Origin: an uncultured Pseudomonadota bacterium
Lineage (GTDB): Bacteria; Babelota; Babeliae; Babelales; RVW-14
Assembly: GCA_964388745.1 (NCBI GenBank)
Contig: CAYMBP010000004.1
Location: forward strand, 7,430-71,429
Reading direction: 5' to 3'
Length of the DNA: 64,000 nt
The position numbers were made by a program, and so were the translations under genes. Below are positions 28,648 to 36,553 of the stretch, one piece after another. Under the pieces are notes generated by a model. That model had not been told where the DNA came from and made no database searches. It was given only the letters and a program-made list of their open reading frames with translations. Position 1 is the stretch's first letter. Each line of letters opens with the position of its first letter.

Positions 28648-29154
28648 GTGAAAGAAGAGATTATTCTTGGAATTGACCCAGGATTTTCGGTAACAGGGTT
28701 TGGTGTTATTAAAAAAAATCATACAACAGCACAACTTAAAGATTGTGGTTATTTAAAAATGAAATCAACTGATAGCTTATCTAAGCGAATAGGGCAGTTT
28801 TATGATTTTTTTATTGAGAAAATTAAATTGCATGCAATAACAATGATAGCTTTAGAGACTCCATTTTTGGGAAAAAACACTCAGTCTTTTCTTAAGCTTG
28901 GCTATCTTCGAGGGATCTTATATTTGTTGGCAGAGCAGCATCAACTCTTATTATCCGAATTTGCCCCACGCCAGGTTAAAGCAGCCGTAACAGGTTCTGG
29001 TGCAGCAACAAAAGACCAAGTTGCCTTTATGGTCATGAGGCTTTTTCCTAAAGTTCAGGAATACAAAGCAGCTCAAAAACAAGACGTTACAGATGCTTTA
29101 GCTGTATCACTTTGTGGATTTTGGCATAGTCAGGCGCAACAACCGCGCGTATAA
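28648..29154 (+). CDS. ruvC: Holliday junction resolvase RuvC
   Basis: 168 aa with ILGIDPGFSVTGFGVI, ALETPFLGKN and the C-terminal DVTDALAVSLC. Confidence 0.9.
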   Translation: MKEEIILGIDPGFSVTGFGVIKKNHTTAQLKDCGYLKMKSTDSLSKRIGQFYDFFIEKIKLHAITMIALETPFLGKNTQSFLKLGYLRGILYLLAEQHQLLLSEFAPRQVKAAVTGSGAATKDQVAFMVMRLFPKVQEYKAAQKQDVTDALAVSLCGFWHSQAQQPRV

Positions 29155-29199
29155 AAAGAGAGAAGAGGTCTTTGATATGGTTTCTATTACGTTTTAAAT

Positions 29200-29662
29200 T
29201 TTTGATAATTTTTTGCTCCGATAATCGTTATTATGTAAACAATAGAGGGTAGGAATATTTTTAAAAGATTATTATAATGTTAAGAATAAAGACATTCGTG
29301 CCGTAGGCACGATAGGTTTCACAATACGCCTGACTCACTAATACTTATCAGTATTCCAGATCAACAGTCACAATAAAAAACAACAGAATTTACTTACGAT
29401 ACCATTTACATTACAAATTCAAACACAAAAACTCTCAATTAAAAGCAAAGACTTTACCCCTTATGCCCATGTTATTTATATTAATTTAACGATTACTGCA
29501 TCTGAACATCAACCAACCTCAAACCAATCGCACGTTAAATAACAAAATCAACAAAAATAACCTTCTCACGAAAAATAAAGAAAATAATCATAAAAAGAAA
29601 AGCTTTCGCTCCATCATCTAAGTTAAAAACTAAATACATATCGGAGCAAAAAATTATCAAAA
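29200..29662. repeat. 24-bp perfect inverted repeat bracketing a 415-bp non-coding, C>G-skewed segment
   Basis: 29200..29223 (TTTTGATAATTTTTTGCTCCGATA) is the exact reverse complement of 29639..29662. No ORF of 60 aa or more lies inside on either strand. The interior also has a perfect hairpin TCGTGCC-GTA-GGCACGA (29296..29312). Confidence 0.6.
29214..29241. other. candidate dif-like Xer recombination site
   Basis: TGCTCCGATAA-TCGTTA-TTATGTAAACA has the ATAA-N6-TTAT core. Its right arm matches the canonical XerD-arm TTATGT(T/A)AA. It overlaps the inner end of the left inverted-repeat arm. Confidence 0.3.
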
Positions 29663-29758
29663 GCTAATAAAAATAACAACTAAAAGACTCTTACTTTGTT
29701 AGTCAAATCTTATCGTTCACAGGACAGCAAGAACTTATCTATCAAATTTAAGGGTAAA

Positions 29759-30391
29759 TTATATCCAATAAATAACATTACCCAGCCTATCTCCTGTAGC
29801 AAAGCCTCTTCCATTAGGTGAAAATACAATTTTGGTAATATTTGTATGGTGGCCTTCAAGTATTTGATAATAATTTTCATTATCAAATACACCAATGAGT
29901 CCACTCTCAAATCCAACAATGAGTTGATTATTATTGGGGGAAAAAGCCATTGTACTTACTTTAGAGCCTTCTGGTATATCTATTTTCTTTCTGATTGTTA
30001 TATTGTTTTCAGTAATTAAAATATTATTTTTATATACAAAGGCACAAACTCCATTATTAATTATATTATCAATAAGACGAGGCTTTTTGTGTTGAGGGGG
30101 ATTACATGCACAAATCCATTTTCCACTGATTAAACAAAAAGTTTCCATTTCTATAGAATTAGTAACACGTATTTTTTGTGATTCAAGGAAAAATTCTATA
30201 TCAATAACAGGATCTTGATCAACTGTTGTGTGAGATGACTTAAATGTCGTACAATGTCGATATAATACGCTTTGCTCTTGTTTTCCTGAAGAGCTACACT
30301 TTATAGAGTCTAATAACTGATTTTTCATTGAATGAAGCAACAAAGCTGGCATAAAAGAAATAATAAGAAATAATAATAATTTCATTATCAA
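29759..30391 (-). CDS. secreted WD40-repeat-like mini-protein
   Basis: 210 aa. Signal-like MKLLLFLIISFMPALLLHS. The C-terminus KVSTMAFSPNNNQLIVGFESGLIGVFD...LEGHHTNITKIVFSPNGRGFATGDRLGNVIYW matches the WD40 GH...FSPdG...D..i..W pattern. Confidence 0.6.
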   Translation of the reverse strand: MIMKLLLFLIISFMPALLLHSMKNQLLDSIKCSSSGKQEQSVLYRHCTTFKSSHTTVDQDPVIDIEFFLESQKIRVTNSIEMETFCLISGKWICACNPPQHKKPRLIDNIINNGVCAFVYKNNILITENNITIRKKIDIPEGSKVSTMAFSPNNNQLIVGFESGLIGVFDNENYYQILEGHHTNITKIVFSPNGRGFATGDRLGNVIYWI

Positions 30392-30876
30392 ATTCCTTAT
30401 AAAATGTTAAAAATAAGTTCTTTTTATTAAGAAAATTGATTATATAAGTTGTTATCATGCAATATATTTTTTTTTTTAATCAAATAATTTATAAAGTTCT
30501 TTATTTTCAAAAGATATAATTGATAATTTTGTTATAAAGAAATTTGTTGATTAAAAAGTGTCTCTTAGGCTTGTTCAATTATTTGCTCAATAAGCTGAGC
30601 AACGAACATTACATATGCTAAGCACTGATCATTATTCATATTAATCACAGCATACTTGCTTAGTCCAAACTTTTCCTTTATAAGATAGCGCAAAAACTTT
30701 AGTTGTATTTTTTGCTCTATCTTCTTTGTCATTAGAATAGGACTCAAGAATGAAGCTTGATTTTTTATATCAATTGAGAGAAGATTTTAGCTTTTGCTCA
30801 AGTGCTTAATAAAGAAAACCACTCACAATAAAAAAGTAAATAAAAATAATTGTCAAGGTGTTGATTTCATTTTTCA

Positions 30877-30904
30877 TTGCAAGAGAAGTGGTTCGTGGTA
30901 TACT
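30877..30904 (+). promoter_or_regulatory. sigma70-type promoter for proS
   Basis: TTGCAA (30877..30882), 16-nt spacer, TATACT (30899..30904), with TGG immediately upstream (extended -10 like). It lies 57 nt before the proS ATG. Confidence 0.5.
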
Positions 30905-30960
30905 CTTTTCAATTATATTTGTTAGTTAGATTATACCTGAACTACTTGTAGAAAGCTGCT

Positions 30961-32394
30961 ATGAAAAAACTTCCATCAATAAAAGATGACTTTGCTCAAT
31001 GGTATCAAGAGGTGCTTATCCAAGCTGAACTTATTGATCAATCTGAAACACGTGGATGCTTTGTTATTAGGCCTTATGGATATTCACTTTGGGAAAATAT
31101 TGTTAAAGAACTTGATGAGCGCATTAAATCCGAAGGTGCCTTAAACGCGTATTTTCCTCTTCTTTTGCCCGAATCCTTTTTAACCAAAGAGGCTGAGCAT
31201 GTAGAAGGTTTTGCACCCGAGCTTGCAGTCGTAACACATGGTGGAGGGAAAAAACTTGAAGAACCGCTTGTTGTCAGGCCAACTTCTGAGACAATGTTTT
31301 ACAGTATGTTTGCCCGCTGGATTAAATCTTGGCGTGACTTACCTATGAAGATTAATCAATGGGCAAATGTTGTTCGATGGGAAATGAGAACTCGCCCTTT
31401 TTTAAGAACTCTTGAGTTTTTATGGCAAGAGGGCCATACAGCTCATGCAACGCATGAAGAGGCTGTTAAAACTGCTGAAAAAATGCTTTCTCACTACAAA
31501 ACACTTTATGAAGATTATTTAGCAATACCTGTTTTTTCAGGGATAAAATCAGATTCAGAACGATTTGCAGGAGCTGAGCGAACTTACACAATTGAAGGAA
31601 TTATGCCTGATGGTAAAGCCTTACAAATGTGCACTTCTCATGTACTCTCACATAGCTTTCCTCAATCATTTGGTATTAAGTTTCAAAATAAAGATGGTGT
31701 GGAAGAAGTCCCTTTTTGTACAAGTTGGGGATTCACTACACGAGCAATTGGTGCATTAGTAATGGTTCATGGTGATGAAAAAGGACTTATTATCCCTCCC
31801 AAAATTGCCCCAATAAAAGCAGCAATTGTTCCCATATTTAAAACAGAAGAAGAAAAAAATATTGTTTTTGAATCTGCTGAAAAAATAAAAAAATTACTTA
31901 GTAAGTCATATAGCGATGTCATTATTGATACAAGTGATAATAAGTCTCCTGGAGCCAAATTTTATCACTGGGAGTTGAGAGGAGTTCCTCTTCGAATTGA
32001 AATTGGTCCTCGTGATGCTGCTGCTGGTAATGTTGTATTAGTTGATCGTGCAGAACAAGACAAAGAAAAGAAAAAGAAAATAATACCAATGAGTCAGCTT
32101 GAAGCTGCGTACACATCAACCCTAACGGCTATACAGCACAAATTATTCAAACAGGCACAAGAAAAAATTGCTCAACACATGCATAAAGAGAGAGAGTTAA
32201 ATACATTTGCACAAAAGCTTGAAAATGAAAATGGACTATATCATGTTGGATGGTGTAAAAAAACATCATGCGAGGCACTTCTTAAAAAATATAAAGGCAC
32301 TATTCGCTGCTTACTAGATAAGAAGGAAATGATAAAGTGCTTTGCTTGTGGAGAAAAAAGTCAGGCAGATATTTTTGTTGCAAAAGCATACTAG
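30961..32394 (+). CDS. proS: prolyl-tRNA synthetase, archaeal/eukaryote-like (no insertion-domain) type
   Basis: 477 aa. N-terminal FAQWYQEVLIQAELID...RGCFVIRPYGYSLWE. C-terminal Cys-containing domain (CKKTSCE...CFACGEK) ending in a terminal Tyr, as in the Thermus/archaeal-type enzyme. Confidence 0.95.
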   Translation: MKKLPSIKDDFAQWYQEVLIQAELIDQSETRGCFVIRPYGYSLWENIVKELDERIKSEGALNAYFPLLLPESFLTKEAEHVEGFAPELAVVTHGGGKKLEEPLVVRPTSETMFYSMFARWIKSWRDLPMKINQWANVVRWEMRTRPFLRTLEFLWQEGHTAHATHEEAVKTAEKMLSHYKTLYEDYLAIPVFSGIKSDSERFAGAERTYTIEGIMPDGKALQMCTSHVLSHSFPQSFGIKFQNKDGVEEVPFCTSWGFTTRAIGALVMVHGDEKGLIIPPKIAPIKAAIVPIFKTEEEKNIVFESAEKIKKLLSKSYSDVIIDTSDNKSPGAKFYHWELRGVPLRIEIGPRDAAAGNVVLVDRAEQDKEKKKKIIPMSQLEAAYTSTLTAIQHKLFKQAQEKIAQHMHKERELNTFAQKLENENGLYHVGWCKKTSCEALLKKYKGTIRCLLDKKEMIKCFACGEKSQADIFVAKAY

Positions 32395-32485
32395 AGCGGT
32401 CAGAGCTTCAGTATTCTAGTTTCTTAGTCATTATTTTTGTATTCTATTGCCTGTTAATTATCCTGAAAGCATCGTGATACAATCT

Positions 32486-32516
32486 ATCGGCGCCACACGA
32501 ACAATAGGGCGCCGAT
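32486..32516 (+). other. GC-rich hairpin between proS and xerD
   Basis: 9-bp stem ATCGGCGCC (32486..32494) / GGCGCCGAT (32508..32516) with a 13-nt loop. No U-tract follows on either strand. Confidence 0.4.
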
Positions 32517-32565
32517 CTTAAAAAGCAGACAATCCCTATAAGTTTAATTATAAAAGGAGAGCATC

Positions 32566-33477
32566 ATGACGAATGAAGAATATGTAGTTCAATTTCATAC
32601 TTATTTATTAACAGAAAAGCGAGTCTCAAAGAATACGCTTGATGCTTATAATCGAGATATTCAGCAATTTGTTATCTATTGTCAAGAACATGAGCTAGAG
32701 TTTAACACTCTGAAAAAAAATGATTTAACAAAATTTCTTGCTTTTCATAAAAGAAGTGGAATTAAATCTCGCAGCATTGCACGAAAGATATCTTCACTTA
32801 AACAACTATTTGCTTATCTGCATGAAAATTATCAAATAGAAAACATTGCAAGCCTACTCTCAACACCTAAAATAGAACAACACTTGCCCACTTATTTAAC
32901 AGAACAAGAAGTTCAAAAATTACTTATTGCAGCACAAAAAGATATAACTCCAAAAGGAGTCCGTGATAAAGTTATGCTCTACCTTTTATATGCATCTGGA
33001 CTTCGTGTCTCAGAACTTGTTGAATTAACGGTTAATCAAATTCGCTTTGATACAGGATTTGTACAACTTATGGGCAAAGGAAAAAAAGAGAGACATGTGC
33101 CACTGCCTCGTAATATGATTGATCTTTTACGTCATTACTGTGATACGATCAGGCCGGAGTTTACTAAAAGTTTTCAGGAATCTCCTGATCACATGTATCT
33201 CTTTCCTGTTATATATCGCAAAAGTATTAAGCCAATCTCGCGACAACTTTTTTGGCTTTCACTCAAAAAATTATTGGCACAAGCTCAATTATTTAAAAAT
33301 GTCTCTCCCCACACTCTACGACATTCGCTTGCAACTCATTTACTAAAAAATGGAGCAGACATTAGATCACTTCAAATGCTTTTGGGACATGAAAGTCTTG
33401 CAACCATTCAGATTTACACCCACCTAGATAAAAGCGATATCAGAAAAGTATACGACAAAAAACATCCAAGAGCATAA
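32566..33477 (+). CDS. xerD: tyrosine site-specific recombinase XerD
   Basis: 303 aa with NTLDAYNRDIQQF, ASGLRVSELVELT, HTLRHSLATHLLKNGADIRSLQMLLGHESLATIQIYTH and a C-terminal ...KKHPRA like E. coli XerD. Confidence 0.85.
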   Translation: MTNEEYVVQFHTYLLTEKRVSKNTLDAYNRDIQQFVIYCQEHELEFNTLKKNDLTKFLAFHKRSGIKSRSIARKISSLKQLFAYLHENYQIENIASLLSTPKIEQHLPTYLTEQEVQKLLIAAQKDITPKGVRDKVMLYLLYASGLRVSELVELTVNQIRFDTGFVQLMGKGKKERHVPLPRNMIDLLRHYCDTIRPEFTKSFQESPDHMYLFPVIYRKSIKPISRQLFWLSLKKLLAQAQLFKNVSPHTLRHSLATHLLKNGADIRSLQMLLGHESLATIQIYTHLDKSDIRKVYDKKHPRA

Positions 33478-34581
33478 CTATTGCTTGTTAAGATAAACTC
33501 GCTGAGCCGTAACAGCATCAAGAATAGGTGTATTAATTGGACAAGTAAGAAAAACTTGAAATTGTAATGAATTAATTAAATTAAGGCACGAGCCAATACG
33601 CTGTGCATCAAAATCTGTTACAAAATCATCAAGAAGTAAAACGCCAGCCTCTCCTGTACTATTTGTCTCTTGAATTTGGGCAATTTTTAAGAGAAAAGTT
33701 AATAATTTTTGCTGACCACGAGACGCAAAAATGCGTGCCTTTTTATGCTCAAAAAGCAAGATAAAGTCATCAAGGTGGGCCCCAAAAAGAGTTCTTCCAT
33801 AACGCAACTCTTGCTCTAAGTTACGATTACTCCATCTACTCCAAAAAACATCAAAATCACTTTCATCCTTCATGCCTTTTTTTTGATATTGAGTACTAAA
33901 GCTTTGTTCATCAAATCCAGGAAAATAATCACTCAGCAATAAACTAATTCTTTTTTCAAGTGAATCAAGGTAATGACATCTCAATTTTTGAAGCTCGAAA
34001 GAAGCTTCCCATAATTTGTTGCTCCACAAATACATTTCTTTATGAAAATAACTATCCCTTAGACTAGATTGGCCACGATGAATAAGTGCATTACGATGAG
34101 CAAGTATTTGCTTATACTCTTTGAATGTAGCCAAAATTGATGGATCAATTAAAAATAAGGAATAATTTAAGAAATCACGTCGATATTCAGGAGCCCCACT
34201 TACCAATTCACTATCTTGGGCACAGAGCGTAACAATGCGATGCTGATTGATTAATTCTTTATATGAGGAAATTTGCTTGCCATTGAGAAGAACCTGCTTC
34301 CCTGTTTTTTGTGAAAAACCAGCCTTAATACTCTCATCAATATCGTGAGAAGTATTGTTGGCCTGAATTTCAATAAAAAAATGGTCTCCATCAATCTTAA
34401 CAAGATCTCGATTCAGATGAGTACGAAACGAGCGAAGATAACAGCTATAATGAATAGCTTCCAGCAAAGAGCTTTTACCTGAGCCATTATCTCCTTGAAT
34501 AATGATACATCGCTCACTAAAGGAAAACAACGCATCATCAAAACATCTAAAATTTTTAAGTCGAACTGAGTTAATAATCAC
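33478..34581 (-). CDS. recF: DNA replication and repair protein RecF
   Basis: 367 aa with VRLKNFRCF and Walker A GDNGSGKSSLLEAI. Lies directly downstream of dnaN. Confidence 0.9.
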   Translation of the reverse strand: MIINSVRLKNFRCFDDALFSFSERCIIIQGDNGSGKSSLLEAIHYSCYLRSFRTHLNRDLVKIDGDHFFIEIQANNTSHDIDESIKAGFSQKTGKQVLLNGKQISSYKELINQHRIVTLCAQDSELVSGAPEYRRDFLNYSLFLIDPSILATFKEYKQILAHRNALIHRGQSSLRDSYFHKEMYLWSNKLWEASFELQKLRCHYLDSLEKRISLLLSDYFPGFDEQSFSTQYQKKGMKDESDFDVFWSRWSNRNLEQELRYGRTLFGAHLDDFILLFEHKKARIFASRGQQKLLTFLLKIAQIQETNSTGEAGVLLLDDFVTDFDAQRIGSCLNLINSLQFQVFLTCPINTPILDAVTAQRVYLNKQ

Positions 34582-34589
34582 GTAACTAA

Positions 34590-35711
34590 TTAATTCGGGC
34601 TACTCATTGAAATGGGCATAACCAAGTAGGTAAAATGATAATCTTCTGTTTCAGTCTCAAAAATAATAGGTTTAGCACCACTTTTGATATAAAAATTTAC
34701 TTGCTCATCGGGAAAAACATGAAGTCCATTAAGCAAATAAGGAGAATAAAATCGACTTTCTACAGGATCTGCTTCATATGCCTCAAGCGCAATGTTTTCT
34801 TCGAGCTTTCCTACATCTTTATTATATAGCTTAACATTCATGATTCCTGGTGAAAACGTAAAGCTTGTTGAAACAAATTGCCCAGAAAGTAAGCAGCCTG
34901 TCCGCTTAAGTGTCTTGACAAACGGATCCCGGGCTAGTCGAGCTGGAACAAAATCTTTTTTGTCCATAACAGCTTCATATTGAGGAAAAGCATCTGCAAT
35001 GAGCTTGGTAAAGAAATTAAAATGTTCGCCCGAAAAAACAAGCTGGTTGCCACACATTCCAAGAAAAATTGGAACTGAAGGATTACTCTCAACAAGTTTT
35101 TTTACTTCCATGACTGCTCGCTTTGGAATGAGCCACTTCTTATTTTCATTAAGGGAATATTGTGATGACTCAATTTTGGCAAGACAATGGCCATCAGTTG
35201 CCACCATAGACATTTTTTCTTCATTAACTTCTAACAACATACCATTAAGTGCATTGTTCGCATTATTTTGAGGAATAAGAAATGCAACTTTATTGAGCAA
35301 TTTAAGTAAACCTGCACCTTCAATTCCCATCATATTTTCAATTCGCTCTGGAAAGGGAGGAAAATCTGATGAATCCTTAATGTTCAAAGCAAGGTCAACA
35401 CCATTTGAAGAGAGGTGAAGTTGACTATCTTTAAGGCTAAACAATATCTCACCATCCATCTCTTTGACAATATCAAATATACGCTTTCCCGGAATAAGAA
35501 AACTTGTTGTCTCATTTGAATTGCTTTCAATAGCCATTGTTGACTGCAAACTAATCTCAAGATCTGTTGCCTTAAGAGTAAGCTCTCGTGGTGTAATTTG
35601 AAATAGAACAGTCTCTGTTACCGAAAGCGTTGTACGTTTATTACAAATGGGTTGCATTGAGGAAAGCAAAGTAAGAAGCTCTTTCTGCTTTGTAGTAAAA
35701 GTTACATTCAT
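34590..35711 (-). CDS. dnaN: DNA polymerase III beta sliding clamp
   Basis: 373 aa. The N-terminal region ...LTLKATDLEISL is typical of beta clamps. dnaN-recF synteny. Confidence 0.9.
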   Translation of the reverse strand: MNVTFTTKQKELLTLLSSMQPICNKRTTLSVTETVLFQITPRELTLKATDLEISLQSTMAIESNSNETTSFLIPGKRIFDIVKEMDGEILFSLKDSQLHLSSNGVDLALNIKDSSDFPPFPERIENMMGIEGAGLLKLLNKVAFLIPQNNANNALNGMLLEVNEEKMSMVATDGHCLAKIESSQYSLNENKKWLIPKRAVMEVKKLVESNPSVPIFLGMCGNQLVFSGEHFNFFTKLIADAFPQYEAVMDKKDFVPARLARDPFVKTLKRTGCLLSGQFVSTSFTFSPGIMNVKLYNKDVGKLEENIALEAYEADPVESRFYSPYLLNGLHVFPDEQVNFYIKSGAKPIIFETETEDYHFTYLVMPISMSSPN

Positions 35712-35903
35712 AATACGTTATGATGCCTCGTTAAAAGGTGGAAAATACGAACAAGCTACGACAGCAAAGTGTATCATGATCAGACATAAAATTAAAGCAT
35801 TATCACAATAGATAACCATACTTTTTTCTATCTGTTTATTAACCCTTTGTACGTTACAATATTTTATACTTATATAATTTACACAATCTTAAAAAGATAA
35901 TCA

Positions 35904-35931
35904 TTGACTTTCAATAATTAGTCGTTATAAT
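35904..35931 (+). promoter_or_regulatory. near-consensus sigma70 promoter with no ORF downstream
   Basis: TTGACT (35904..35909), 16-nt spacer, TATAAT (35926..35931). The next + strand ORF is more than 600 nt away. The first terminator downstream is at 36174..36207. Confidence 0.5.
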
Positions 35932-36093
35932 TTGTAGACATTTTCATATTTCAATGGTTTTACCAACTTTTCAATACTGTATCATTTATATAATTTTGAA
36001 AAAATCAGGTTATCATACTCAATCATTAATATAAAAATTATATTAGAATAATTTTCTTGAAATGCACGATAAATAAAAGATTTTAAAAAAAAT

Positions 36094-36121
36094 TTGATTT
36101 TTTAAAAAGTATAAGTAAACT
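36094..36121 (+). promoter_or_regulatory. promoter of candidate sRNA copy 1
   Basis: TTGATT (36094..36099), 16-nt spacer, TAAACT (36116..36121). Confidence 0.4.
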
Positions 36122-36127
36122 TGTATT

Positions 36128-36207
36128 CAAGATCTTAAATAAGACTTCATTACTACTCTCCTTTCTCCTTTTTCCGCCATACAAGTTTTCTTGTGTGGCG
36201 GTTTTTT
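36128..36207 (+). ncRNA. candidate ~80-nt sRNA, copy 1 (CU-rich anti-SD-like core plus intrinsic terminator)
   Basis: A 44-nt block at 36141..36184 is identical to 36380..36423 and contains CTCTCCTTTCTCCTTTTTCC. The terminator is a 12-bp stem at 36174..36201 with loop TTTT, followed by T6. Confidence 0.45.
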
Positions 36208-36329
36208 ATGCTTGCCTTCATATAAACCAGATATTTTGCTTCTTAAGCTGCCTACAAGGGGCGGTAATTAATTTCTATGGTTAAATTTTCACCAATTACG
36301 GCTTTTTTTAAGCATTTTAACTATTTCCC

Positions 36330-36357
36330 TTGATTTTTTTATGTAATCATGTACAAT
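36330..36357 (+). promoter_or_regulatory. promoter of candidate sRNA copy 2
   Basis: TTGATT (36330..36335), 16-nt spacer, TACAAT (36352..36357). Confidence 0.45.
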
Positions 36358-36363
36358 ATAAAC

Positions 36364-36446
36364 ATATTCATTTGAAATAAAGACTTCATTACTACTCTCC
36401 TTTCTCCTTTTTCCGCCATACAAATTCTTTTGTATGGCGGTTTTAT
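36364..36446 (+). ncRNA. candidate ~80-nt sRNA, copy 2 (paralog of copy 1)
   Basis: Same 44-nt core (36380..36423). The terminator is a perfect 12-bp stem at 36413..36440 with loop TTCT, followed by TTTTATTTT. The innermost stem pair, adjacent to the loop, differs from copy 1 by a compensatory G-C to A-T change. Confidence 0.45.
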
Positions 36447-36553
36447 TTTATTTATAAGAGACTTGCTTGAACTTTTTTACGTATTATGCCAAAATACGCT
36501 CGTTAGCATTGTAGGTTTAAGGTGGGCTAAAAAAAGTAAAGGGGAATAAAATA

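Noticed and set aside
29200-29662. IMEX-type (Xer-integrated) mobile element flanked by dif and pseudo-dif
   Set aside because: Xer-mediated integration gives directly repeated half-sites. Here the shared 24-mers are inverted, and the right end lacks a XerD-arm. It is kept as an inverted-repeat element of unknown nature.
29710-29919. 69-aa minus-strand ORF overlapping the WD40 gene 3' end
   Set aside because: It is an alternative frame of the better-supported 29759..30391 ORF, which carries the WD40 motifs.
30565-30747. 60-aa minus-strand ORF in the WD40-proS spacer
   Set aside because: It has no SD, no hydrophobic or recognisable motif, and sits among proS promoter-proximal AT-rich DNA. 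The support is insufficient.
35712-36100. oriC call based on DnaA boxes upstream of dnaN
   Set aside because: No 8/9 or 9/9 matches to TTATCCACA were found by eye, and there is no clear cluster. It cannot be supported without skew data.
36141-36446. Minus-strand reading of the twin repeat as strong SD (AAGGAGAAAGGAGAG) plus ATG mini-ORFs (a type I toxin-like idea)
   Set aside because: The ORFs are 7 and 16 codons and are not conserved between the copies. On the minus strand the hairpin precedes the SD and has no terminator polarity. The + strand has matched promoters and terminators in both copies, so the sRNA reading is favoured.
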